From Fibrobacteria bacterium (lineage in GTDB: Bacteria > Fibrobacterota > Fibrobacteria > UBA11236): a stretch of 64,000 nucleotides of DNA. The notes beneath the pieces were generated by a model. That model searched no databases. It saw only the letters and a list, made by a program, of their open reading frames with translations, and was not told the DNA's origin. The stretch lies in NCBI GenBank assembly GCA_043732185.1, contig JAYTHY010000006.1:32001-96000 (forward strand), read 5' to 3'. This document shows positions 18,021 through 26,981 of the stretch, piece by piece. Made by a program: the position numbers and the translations under genes. Every line of letters starts with the position of its first letter. Position 1 is the first letter of the stretch.

Positions 18021-20236
18021 CGAAAAGTCTCCTTTTCGACGGCAGCGGAAGCAGCCATCAGTTCACCGACATTGACGGGAGTGCGGAGGAGCTTGATATT
18101 GAACAAAAGATAAAATAGCGCGATAGGTAGCCAAGGCAACCAGTGGAAAGGGCCAATCACAAAGCTGGGATACTCCATGAGGAGGTGGTTCACTTGCCAA
18201 AGGCCGCCCATCAGAAATCCTGTTGCCAGAATCCAAACAAACCGCCCCGTGCCCAAACCTAAAAACAAAAGTCCGGTCCCTGGCCAAAGCGAATTAAGCA
18301 CGGCTCCGATACGCAAGCGTTGTACGGTCGAGCGCATGCGCATACGTTTTACCATTTCCATTTTCACCCGGTTATCATGAATTCCGGAAACTGTTTTAAA
18401 ACATGTGTGACAATGCACGCCTTTACGACAAAGACGGCACATGACCCGGTTACAAATTTTGCAGTCGAACAAATCCTTCCCATGGCTATGTTGAGAATGA
18501 TGTCGAAAGCGGAAATGCAGCAACAAGGCGACGATACCGACCATGGCGAGCAGCCAACCACCCATAATTTCATAAATTCCGGTACTGACCCACACACCTA
18601 GAAAATCCAATCCAATCAAAGAATTCCACGCTGCGGTCCAAGCCAACCGATTTCTCAACATGGGATCCATCGCCTTACGTGTGGCCGGATACTCAGGAAA
18701 ATATTCGTCGTTGTCCTTCAAAAACTGGTTGACCCATTGTGGGTCCACCTCGGCTGCTCGATCCAGGTATTTTTTATGCCGAGTCGAATTGTTGGAATAC
18801 AATTCCGCCTGACTGGAGTTGAACCATGTTTCCACCATGTTGGGCGCAATTCTACGGGCTTCTGTGAAAGCGGTGGACGCGCCGGTGTAATCAAATCCCA
18901 CCATAGCCAGATTCCCATTATTGAGAAGCACATACGGATTGGAAGGTTCAATTTGAGACGCCAAGCGGCCAAATTCTCCTGCCTTAATATATTCTCCTTG
19001 CTTTTTATAGGTCAAGGAATAGGCCAGGCTGCGATAAAGACTGTCTTCCTGGGTTTTGGCTTTGAAGGCTTCCATTCGCGTGATTAGGGGTGCTTCATAT
19101 CCGCGATTATAGGCGCGGTGATAAAGATTGACTCCCAGGGTATCATCCAGGTGACGCACCATGGTTTGCTCCCACATAAAGAGGAATGGGATCAAGGCCA
19201 GACCCGTCATCAGGACTTTTAGAAAAGTTTTTTCTTGATTGGTCACATGTTTCCAGAGCAGCATGGTAAAGGCCAGGCCCAATGCCACATACCCCAATCC
19301 ACCTATCATCAGGCTTAAAGGAAGGAGGGCCAAAGCGAAATATCGGATCCAGATTTCCACTTGATTCGGAAGCCGCTCGACCCATAAATGGGTGATGCGC
19401 GAAAAGTATTTTCCGAAGAGAACCAGCAAGGCAACTGCGCCAAAAAAGGCCAGGCCCATGCGAAAGGCACGAGACATATTGACTATGAAAAGAGATTGGC
19501 TGTCGTAATATTGCAGCAATCTGGCAGCCTCGGTGAGCCGCGTCCAAGCGGCGCTCAAATCCCAATTGAGCGGGGGCTTTTCCCGGAACTCCATCTCCAT
19601 CAATATAAAAGGAACCCAAGGACAGAGCGGATCGAGCTTTCCAGCAAACTCGGCAGCCTGTCTCGCGACCAAATATAAGCCCTGGCCCATCGCCTCACGG
19701 GCACGGAGCAATTCCAGCTTCGCGAGTTCGGGAACCTTGATATAGCCTTTTTCCAGCATGTTGCGCTGAACTTCCAGTTGTAATAAATGCGCTCTTTGGT
19801 ACAGCCCGTTTTGGGTAAGAATCCTAGCCATTTCATAGTTAACGGCAATGTTACCTTTGGCCAATTGGGTTGCCATGAGGAGTTCCGTCTCGCCATTGCC
19901 AGCCTTGGTTTTGTCCAAAGCGAGACCCACGCTGAAATTGGCCCATAAATCGGCAAAGGTCGGCGCCTCCGGATTGGTCACGGCTGCAGGATGTGCTTCA
20001 CGCACATGCTGGATAAGGACCGGGAGCTCTGTCGCACTGATGGAATTGGCGAAAAGTTTTATGCTGGGGGGGAAACGTTCTTGAAAATCCCAACGCGAAA
20101 ACACGGTTTCCCGCAGCGATTCCAATACTTGAACTTGGGCCATAAGAGGAGCCGCCAGGCAAAGCAGCAGCCTGATACATCTAATAGGGTTGATCAAATC
20201 ACTCCCAATCCAGGGTGAAACAAGACAAGCCTCCAA
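18017..20236 (-). CDS. Multi-pass membrane protein with TPR repeats and a 6-Cys cluster
   Basis: Signal-like N-terminus; TPRs (EPSNPYVLLNNGNL, APNMVETWFN); several TM blocks; CKICNRVMCRLCRKGVHCHTC. Confidence 0.75.
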   Translation of the reverse strand: MEACLVSPWIGSDLINPIRCIRLLLCLAAPLMAQVQVLESLRETVFSRWDFQERFPPSIKLFANSISATELPVLIQHVREAHPAAVTNPEAPTFADLWANFSVGLALDKTKAGNGETELLMATQLAKGNIAVNYEMARILTQNGLYQRAHLLQLEVQRNMLEKGYIKVPELAKLELLRAREAMGQGLYLVARQAAEFAGKLDPLCPWVPFILMEMEFREKPPLNWDLSAAWTRLTEAARLLQYYDSQSLFIVNMSRAFRMGLAFFGAVALLVLFGKYFSRITHLWVERLPNQVEIWIRYFALALLPLSLMIGGLGYVALGLAFTMLLWKHVTNQEKTFLKVLMTGLALIPFLFMWEQTMVRHLDDTLGVNLYHRAYNRGYEAPLITRMEAFKAKTQEDSLYRSLAYSLTYKKQGEYIKAGEFGRLASQIEPSNPYVLLNNGNLAMVGFDYTGASTAFTEARRIAPNMVETWFNSSQAELYSNNSTRHKKYLDRAAEVDPQWVNQFLKDNDEYFPEYPATRKAMDPMLRNRLAWTAAWNSLIGLDFLGVWVSTGIYEIMGGWLLAMVGIVALLLHFRFRHHSQHSHGKDLFDCKICNRVMCRLCRKGVHCHTCFKTVSGIHDNRVKMEMVKRMRMRSTVQRLRIGAVLNSLWPGTGLLFLGLGTGRFVWILATGFLMGGLWQVNHLLMEYPSFVIGPFHWLPWLPIALFYLLFNIKLLRTPVNVGELMAASAAVEKETFR

Positions 20237-20255
20237 AAATCCCTGAGCCGTAGCA

Positions 20256-21659
20256 TCAGGATTGCGCTTTTAAACCGTATCGTTCAATCTTCCTATAAAG
20301 CGTGGAAATATCCAACCCCAGAATCTTGGCTACGGTCGGTTTATGCCACTGATTTTCGGTAAGCACCCAAAAAATATAAGCCTTTTCGATGTCGTTGAGG
20401 GTCGGTGATACGCCGACCCCAAAGGCGCGTTCCCCAGCTGGCATGGAACCGGAACCTTCCATTTTCCCTGTCCGTGGCAAGGTGTGGCCCTGATCCAGTT
20501 CAGTCACTGTTGTGCTGGGCAAGTCCAGCTCCAACGTTTCAATAGATTCACTGGTACTGAAGGCAATAGCCCTCTCTACCGCATTTTCCAATTGTCGTAC
20601 ATTTCCAGGCCAGGCATAGGCTTGAATTTGCTCTAGAGCGGTTGCGGTGAAAGACTTACGGCCTCCGCTTTTTCTTTGTAAAAAATAGTTTGCGAGCAGA
20701 ATGGAATCTTCACTCCGCTCAGCCAAAGCCGGTGTATTGATACGCAGCACATTGAGCCGATAGTACAGATCTTCCCGAAATTGTCCCTGCGCTACTGCAT
20801 CCTCAAGGTTCACATTGGTCGCGGCTAAGATACGGACGTCGATTCGAGAGGAAGCTGTGCCGCCAACCTGAGTGATTTCCCGCTCCTGGATGACCCTCAA
20901 AAGCTTGACCTGAGTGCGGAGCGGCATTTCCCCGATCTCGTCCAGGAACACGGAGCCACCGTTGGCAACGGCGAATAAGCCATCCTTGTCGGCATGTGCC
21001 GAAGTAAACGATCCTTTCACATGACCGAATAATTCCGACTCCAGCAAACTCTCGGAAAGCGAAGAGCAATTGACCACTACAAATGGTTTTAAGGAACGCA
21101 AGGATTTTTGATGGATGAGCTTTGCCACCAGTTCTTTGCCGGTCCCGCTCTCCCCTGTAATGAGCACTGTGCTTTCCGAGGAGGCGATGGCGTTGATCCG
21201 GTCCTTAAGTTGGAGAAAAATCGGAGATTGACCGATTAACTCAACGCCTTGCCGTCGAATGAAGTCCTTCAGCTCACGGTTTTCAGTTTCCAGTGTCCGC
21301 GTTGCCACGGCCTTCTCGACCACTTTTCCCAAAAAAACCATTTCGAAAGGTTTGGAAATAAAATCAAATGCTCCCAGCTTTACAGCCTCAACGGCCTTTT
21401 CAACTGTCCCATAGGCAGTCATGACAACCACAGGAACCCGCGGGAAGCGGTCGAGCAGCGCCTTGACTAGGGTGAGTCCTGAACCTTGACCTAAAGCCAA
21501 ATCAACCATGGCCAATAAGGGCTCAGGGCCATCCAAGAGCTTGAGTCCGGCTTCAACGCTATGGGCGGAAACCGTCGCATACCCTTTTTTTTCGAAAAAC
21601 ACTTCTAGCAGCGCACAAAGCGATACTTCGTCATCAACGATGAGTACTTTAGGTTTCAT
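20256..21659 (-). CDS. NtrC/PilR-family sigma54-dependent response regulator (REC-AAA+-HTH)
   Basis: VDDE...VDL...KPF; GESGTGKE; ESELFGH; FLDEIGE; FREDLYYRLNV; WPGNVRQL; Fis-type HTH. Confidence 0.92.
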   Translation of the reverse strand: MKPKVLIVDDEVSLCALLEVFFEKKGYATVSAHSVEAGLKLLDGPEPLLAMVDLALGQGSGLTLVKALLDRFPRVPVVVMTAYGTVEKAVEAVKLGAFDFISKPFEMVFLGKVVEKAVATRTLETENRELKDFIRRQGVELIGQSPIFLQLKDRINAIASSESTVLITGESGTGKELVAKLIHQKSLRSLKPFVVVNCSSLSESLLESELFGHVKGSFTSAHADKDGLFAVANGGSVFLDEIGEMPLRTQVKLLRVIQEREITQVGGTASSRIDVRILAATNVNLEDAVAQGQFREDLYYRLNVLRINTPALAERSEDSILLANYFLQRKSGGRKSFTATALEQIQAYAWPGNVRQLENAVERAIAFSTSESIETLELDLPSTTVTELDQGHTLPRTGKMEGSGSMPAGERAFGVGVSPTLNDIEKAYIFWVLTENQWHKPTVAKILGLDISTLYRKIERYGLKAQS

Positions 21660-21722
21660 CCCGGCAATTATCTCACTTTATTCGAATACTGTCTGTTGGC
21701 CAAATGGAAAAGAGTACATAAC

Positions 21723-21747
21723 AAAAACCCGCCCAAAGAGGCGGGTT
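21723..21747 (-). terminator. Rho-independent terminator downstream of rpsT
   Basis: AACCCGCC/GGCGGGTT stem followed by a T-run on the minus strand. Confidence 0.8.
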
Positions 21748-21805
21748 CAACTACCGAAAATTAAGTTTAGCTCCACTCCTATTGGTGAAACCGTCGAATG
21801 CCACC

Positions 21806-22069
21806 TTACGCGGACTTGGCTGCAACGAGCTTGTGGATCTTACGTTTGTAGTTGGAAGCCGTGTTTTTGGTAATGCCGGCTCGACCATTTTGGGCAGCTT
21901 TATCGAGCATGGAAAAAAGATGGGGCATTTCTGCGACCATGGTCTCCTTTTTATCGGCCGTACGTATCTTCTTTAACGTGCTGCGAATGGCCGAACGAAC
22001 GGCGCGATTGGCCAAACGGGATTTTTCTGCGGTAATGACCCTCTTTTGGGCGGATTTGTTCTTGGCCAA
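21806..22069 (-). CDS. rpsT: 30S ribosomal protein S20
   Basis: KSAQKR...NRAVRSAIRS.LKK...LDKAA..I.KNTA; TTG start after GGAGG. Confidence 0.92.
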   Translation of the reverse strand: MAKNKSAQKRVITAEKSRLANRAVRSAIRSTLKKIRTADKKETMVAEMPHLFSMLDKAAQNGRAGITKNTASNYKRKIHKLVAAKSA

Positions 22070-22103
22070 AATTTCCTCCAGTAGCTTTCTAATTCGGAGG
22101 CTA

Positions 22104-22132
22104 AATCTATCAAATCACGTGGTTTTTTGCAA
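22104..22132 (-). promoter_or_regulatory. sigma70 promoter of rpsT
   Basis: TTGCAA-17 bp-TAGATT, with TGn extension. Confidence 0.65.
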
Positions 22133-22226
22133 TCCAGAAGCCTAAAAGCGGCAAAGATTCCCAGCTATACAGCTAGGTCCAGAAGGTGTTGACTGAACCT
22201 TCAAAAGGTGTTTGACGGAACCCTAA

Positions 22227-22880
22227 TCAGCCGGGATAAAACTGGAACGGCACCCTAAAAAGGGCTAAAATCGGATAAATTAGCGGTTTCCAGAACCGAA
22301 ACCAAAGGTCGATCAGTCCAAAACCGGAGCCCAAAGATTCAAAAATCACAATGGCAATCAACGGATACATCCCCAAAGCAGCCATTTTAGCTTCATAGAC
22401 ATCCGCCACCCGGTCCGGCATGAATGTGGTGATGATTTTGGACCCGTCCAAAGGAAATACCGGCAATAAATTGAAAATCGCCAATGAAAAATTGATGAGA
22501 ATGAAGTCTTGCAGCATCAAATACCAACCGGAATTATCGAGGCCATACCCGACAAAGAAATAAACCAGACAGCCAACCAGGGCCAAGATCAGGTTGGACA
22601 ATGGACCCGCAAACGAAACCAAGGGCATGGCGGCACGAGGATTTCTCAGTCTACCTGGATTGACAGGAACCGGCTTGGCCCAACCCAGGGGCATTCCGGT
22701 AAGCATCATCAAGGACCCAACCAGATCCATGTGCACCAGGGGATTCAAGGATAGCCGCCCTAAACGTTTGGCAGTGTCATCCCCTAGCCGGAAGGCTGTC
22801 CACGCATGGGCAGCCTCATGGAAGGATAAAGAAATCGACAAGACGAAAAAGCGCATCAATAATACGGGAAGGATCTCCAT
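22227..22880 (-). CDS. Site-2 protease family (M50) membrane metalloprotease
   Basis: HEAAH, GDDTA..GRLSLNP, AGPLSN, FNLLPVFPLDG. Confidence 0.92.
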   Translation of the reverse strand: MEILPVLLMRFFVLSISLSFHEAAHAWTAFRLGDDTAKRLGRLSLNPLVHMDLVGSLMMLTGMPLGWAKPVPVNPGRLRNPRAAMPLVSFAGPLSNLILALVGCLVYFFVGYGLDNSGWYLMLQDFILINFSLAIFNLLPVFPLDGSKIITTFMPDRVADVYEAKMAALGMYPLIAIVIFESLGSGFGLIDLWFRFWKPLIYPILALFRVPFQFYPG

Positions 22881-22924
22881 AATAAGGTAAAGCTAGCAAA
22901 CTAACAGAATCCCTTTAGAGGCTT

Positions 22925-24319
22925 TTAATGCTCGGCGGCAAACTGCTGAAACCAGTCCAGGCCCGGATAATAGGGCAGTAACATCGGGATGACCTCACCG
23001 AGCAAGTACAAAGAACCGCATACTACAACTAGATCGGGAAGTACTGGATCCGAAGATGTTGGGTGGTCAGAATTTGCTCCGGAAGGAAGGCTGAGCAGGG
23101 CACGCAAGCTTTCCGGCTGTAACTCAATGGGTTGTACCTTAATTCGCTCCGAAGGCTCCATGGCATGCACGAGTTCCGAGTACCGCAAGGCTCGGGGATA
23201 CTTTGCTTCCAGAGATACAAAACGGACTTCCGAGGCAAAACGCAAGACGCTCTCGATCACGGCAGAAAAATCCTTGTCCCGCATCACAGCGAATAGGACG
23301 AGTATGCGTCGACCGGGAAACGCCCGTTTAATATGCGCCTCAAGGGCTGTCGTACCGCCAGGGTTATGAGCTCCATCCAAAAGCACCGGTAACATACCTG
23401 TTCCCTCCAGTAACTGCGTGCGTCCTGGCAGTTTGGCGGAGCGAAGAAATGGAATGAGGACGTCCGAAGAAGGCAGGGGTCCCGAAAGAAATGTTTCCAT
23501 TGCCAGCAAGGATAGGCAAAGGTTTTCCACTTGATGGGCTTCCGGTCTCAACTCTGAGGGAAACCTATACGTGGCATATCTCCCCGTAAATTGAATTTCC
23601 GCTCCGGCCCCCGTGTCACGCACATACTCTCCCAAAAGTACCAGCGGGCTTCCCAAGGCTGAAGCCTTGTTTTCCAGTACCGACAGAAGTGGTGCCCGAT
23701 GTTCTTGCACCACCATAGGTACACGTGCCTTGAGAATGCCGATTTTTTCACCCCAAATTTCAGCAATGGTTTGCCCTAAAATAGCTGTGTGATCAAATGA
23801 TATTGATGTCACCACAGTCACGGCGGGAAGGACGGCATTGGTGGCGTCCAGTCTGCCTCCCAATCCGGTTTCCAACACGACCGCTTCACAATCCATGGAA
23901 CGGAAGAAGTCTAAGGCCAATGCCGTGACGCATTCGAAATAGGTGGCGTTGAGTTCCAGAATTATTTTTTGCGCGCCGCGCAACCAGCTCAGCACATAGT
24001 CCGCGGGGATAGGTACGCCATCGACCAGGATACGTTCACGAAAGCTGACGAGATGCGGCGACGTGTACAGTCCGACGCGCCGATGGCCAGTGGCCGATAG
24101 CAATGCGGCGAGATTGGCACACACACTCCCCTTACCGTTGGTGCCGGCCACATGCAAAAAAATCAAACCGGTATCCGGTCGGCCCAGCCTATCCAATAGC
24201 GCGTTGATATTCTCCAGCCCCAATTTGATGGAAAACTGATTGCGGGCGTAAAAAAAATCCAGGCAGTCCTGGAAGGACTCGGGCAATCGTGGTGGAGAGG
24301 ATGGCGATAGGTCCGACAT
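22925..24319 (-). CDS. folC: Folylpolyglutamate/dihydrofolate synthase
   Basis: HVAGTNGKGS, YTSPHL, LETGLGGRLDATN, LDGAHN; follows accD. Confidence 0.93.
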   Translation of the reverse strand: MSDLSPSSPPRLPESFQDCLDFFYARNQFSIKLGLENINALLDRLGRPDTGLIFLHVAGTNGKGSVCANLAALLSATGHRRVGLYTSPHLVSFRERILVDGVPIPADYVLSWLRGAQKIILELNATYFECVTALALDFFRSMDCEAVVLETGLGGRLDATNAVLPAVTVVTSISFDHTAILGQTIAEIWGEKIGILKARVPMVVQEHRAPLLSVLENKASALGSPLVLLGEYVRDTGAGAEIQFTGRYATYRFPSELRPEAHQVENLCLSLLAMETFLSGPLPSSDVLIPFLRSAKLPGRTQLLEGTGMLPVLLDGAHNPGGTTALEAHIKRAFPGRRILVLFAVMRDKDFSAVIESVLRFASEVRFVSLEAKYPRALRYSELVHAMEPSERIKVQPIELQPESLRALLSLPSGANSDHPTSSDPVLPDLVVVCGSLYLLGEVIPMLLPYYPGLDWFQQFAAEH

Positions 24320-24372
24320 GGTACCCGGTTGAAATTTTTTAGGCGGGAGCGAGACTCAAATTCTAAGTGGCA

Positions 24373-25209
24373 TCAATGGAGATGGGAGAGCAAGGAGGCC
24401 AGAGTCTCCTTCATTTCCGCTCGCGGGACTATCATATCCAGCATGCCTTTTTCCAACAGGAACTCGGCTCTTTGGAATCCAGGCGGAAGGTTTTGCCGAA
24501 TGGTTTCGCGAATCACTCTTTCCCCGGCAAATCCAATTAGCGCACCGGGCTCGGCGATATTGACATCCCCAAGCATGGCGAAGCTGGCAGTCACACCGCC
24601 TGTAGTGGGATTGGTCAGCACGGCAAAGTAAGGAATACGCGCCTGTGACAACTGTGCGATTAAGGCCGAGGTTTTTCCCATTTGCATGAGGGACAAGACA
24701 CCCTCTTGCATGCGAGCGCCGCCAGATGCCGTAACTACAATAGCGGGAATTTTCTGTTCCAAGGCCCGCTTGAGCACCCGAGCGATTTTCTCGCCCTCCA
24801 CCGAACCCATGGAGCCGCCGATAAAGCGGAAATCCATAACTGCCAGGCTAACCTTGATGCCTTTGATTTCACCTTGGCCGGACACCACGCCGGAAAAGGC
24901 GCCCGTATTCTTCTCAGCATCGTGCAAGCTGTCCTTGTATTTCTTCTTGGCGGAAAACTTAAGAGGATCGATGGACTTGAGGTTGGCATCCAAAACCTGC
25001 CAAGTGCCTTCGTCAATTAGGAGCTTAACATAGTCGTTCGCGCCGATGCGAAAATGAAATCCGCAATGTTCGCAAACATACCGATTGGCAGCCAATTCTT
25101 TTCGATAAAGGATTTCTTTGCAGCCGTCGCATTTGACCCATAGATCGACGGGCGTATCCCTCTTGATGAGGGTGCCGATGCCGGATTTTGCCTTGCGGAA
25201 CCATTCCAT
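24373..25209 (-). CDS. accD: Acetyl-CoA carboxylase carboxyltransferase beta subunit
   Basis: LWVKC..C zinc finger, FIGGSMG, SGGARMQEG, PTTGGVTASF. Confidence 0.96.
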   Translation of the reverse strand: MEWFRKAKSGIGTLIKRDTPVDLWVKCDGCKEILYRKELAANRYVCEHCGFHFRIGANDYVKLLIDEGTWQVLDANLKSIDPLKFSAKKKYKDSLHDAEKNTGAFSGVVSGQGEIKGIKVSLAVMDFRFIGGSMGSVEGEKIARVLKRALEQKIPAIVVTASGGARMQEGVLSLMQMGKTSALIAQLSQARIPYFAVLTNPTTGGVTASFAMLGDVNIAEPGALIGFAGERVIRETIRQNLPPGFQRAEFLLEKGMLDMIVPRAEMKETLASLLSHLH

Positions 25210-25422
25210 TAGCTAGCTTGCCGGTCCTTTGAAAACGAGGGGCAATCCAAGATAGCCAAACCGAAAAAGGCTGTCACCTTAGCTGGAAAGTGGCCTTCTC
25301 GTGCTATTTTCCCAACATTGACTTCCACTTTGAGATTTTGGAACCGGGTAATCGAGTGTGAAATTCTAAAAAGTCTCCTTCACGCCGCATGATTTTTTTA
25401 ACTAGGATTCGGGAGGAAATAC

Positions 25423-25875
25423 ATGTCGAAAAACGTGGGTCGACAGGGTCGAAGACTCGAAGCCTTGCTGGCGGGTTTGCTATTCCTTAGCTTTTTTCTG
25501 CCGTGGGTGTACTCCATGGGCGTTCCCGTTCCAGCGCATCAGATACGTGATCGCTTAGCAGGACCGCATCGTTTGGTTTCGGTATTTACATCTGGCTCTC
25601 GACTATCACGAGATTATTCCCTAGCGCTATATCTGTATGCCATTCCCATTTGGGCAATGGTCATTTTGATTCTTTTGTTTTTAAGGCGCTTCCAAGCCTG
25701 GGCGGCCTTTCTAGCTGGGGCGATTTCAGTAGGCGCTTTTATTTTTCTGCGCGGGGAGGTAGACAGCTACCCCATGCACCGCTTGGCCGCGGGAGCATAC
25801 TTAGCCCTAGCCTCCGGCTTGGGACTGGCAGTCTTGCCTCTTTTTCGATTAGGCACCGGAGCCAAGCGAGGCTAA
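25423..25875 (+). CDS. Hypothetical 4-TM membrane protein
   Basis: GGAGG RBS, FFLPW motif and four hydrophobic segments. Confidence 0.7.
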   Translation: MSKNVGRQGRRLEALLAGLLFLSFFLPWVYSMGVPVPAHQIRDRLAGPHRLVSVFTSGSRLSRDYSLALYLYAIPIWAMVILILLFLRRFQAWAAFLAGAISVGAFIFLRGEVDSYPMHRLAAGAYLALASGLGLAVLPLFRLGTGAKRG

Positions 25876-25943
25876 TACCAAAGCTTTTTTTAAGTCAGGT
25901 TACATTGGTTAATAGGTTGTTGAATAGAAGGAATATCACCTAT

Positions 25944-26969
25944 ATGAATATTACCTCTCCGCATCGCATGCAAAAACATCTACACCGGTTTTTCTGGAAT
26001 ATTTTATGCGTAGTGGTTTTCGCCAACGCGCAATCCCCCGCCTTGCGCTTGCAGTCCGCATTGGAAAAAATCATGGGCCCGATCGATACTACCGGTCTCA
26101 CAAATCCCAAGCCATTGCAAATCGCCTGGGTTTACAGTACGCCGTCCGAAGCAGCAGACAGCCATAATTTTGAAGCGCAGATGAATATTTGGAAACCCCT
26201 GTTCAGTACATTGAAAAGCGTAACCTTCACTCCGGTATTGAACTGGCCATCCCCAACGATTTGGAAAAGCGCTGACATCGTAGTCTTTAATTTTCGATTC
26301 GGCCTTCACAAAATATTAAGCGATTCCCAGTATGTGGATCTGGATGCGTATCTCGACCGCGGCAAAGCCTTGATTCCCATTCATGTGGGAGTAGCCTTGC
26401 AAGATGAGGCGCCTAAGCGCTATGCACCCTATATCGGCCTCAGTTGGCAATGGGCAAACACTGGCAACATCAATTCTTCGGACCGAGCCGGAGAAATGAT
26501 TTATACCCGACGCCCCAATCATCCCTTAGCTGTTAACCTGCCGGATACCATGCACTTGACGGAAGAAACCTATTTCAATCTGTACGGCGACACGGCCCAG
26601 ATTCAAATCCTCAACACCTCGCTTGAGAATACGGGAGCGGGAATGGCAGCCGTACCCGTGATGTGGACCAAGTTGTCCCGCAATGGAAAAGTGTTTGCTT
26701 CCGGAGCTGGCCATTATACGAGCACCCACAACGACGCCTATTTCCGCTTGCTTCTGCTTCGAGGTATGGCGTGGGCCTCGGGAGAAAAATTCGACCGCTT
26801 TCGCAGCTTGGTCACTTTAAATGCCAATGTGAAAAATGATGTCGTGAAACTTAAACCCCAAGTACCGAAATCCACTGTTGGTAAAAAATCTGTGACTGGC
26901 TTGTCGTCTGGAATTATTTTTCGCCACGCGCAGAAAAAGTACGGCATAGGCGGTCGATTCACGCCTTGA
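25944..26969 (+). CDS. Secreted ThuA-like (class I glutamine amidotransferase fold) protein
   Basis: Signal peptide; LDAYLDRG..LIPIH, EETY, PVMWT...GKVF...GH, FRLLLLRGMAWA. Start at 25944 or 25968. Confidence 0.75.
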   Translation: MNITSPHRMQKHLHRFFWNILCVVVFANAQSPALRLQSALEKIMGPIDTTGLTNPKPLQIAWVYSTPSEAADSHNFEAQMNIWKPLFSTLKSVTFTPVLNWPSPTIWKSADIVVFNFRFGLHKILSDSQYVDLDAYLDRGKALIPIHVGVALQDEAPKRYAPYIGLSWQWANTGNINSSDRAGEMIYTRRPNHPLAVNLPDTMHLTEETYFNLYGDTAQIQILNTSLENTGAGMAAVPVMWTKLSRNGKVFASGAGHYTSTHNDAYFRLLLLRGMAWASGEKFDRFRSLVTLNANVKNDVVKLKPQVPKSTVGKKSVTGLSSGIIFRHAQKKYGIGGRFTP

Positions 26970-26981
26970 TGGCTGGAATTT

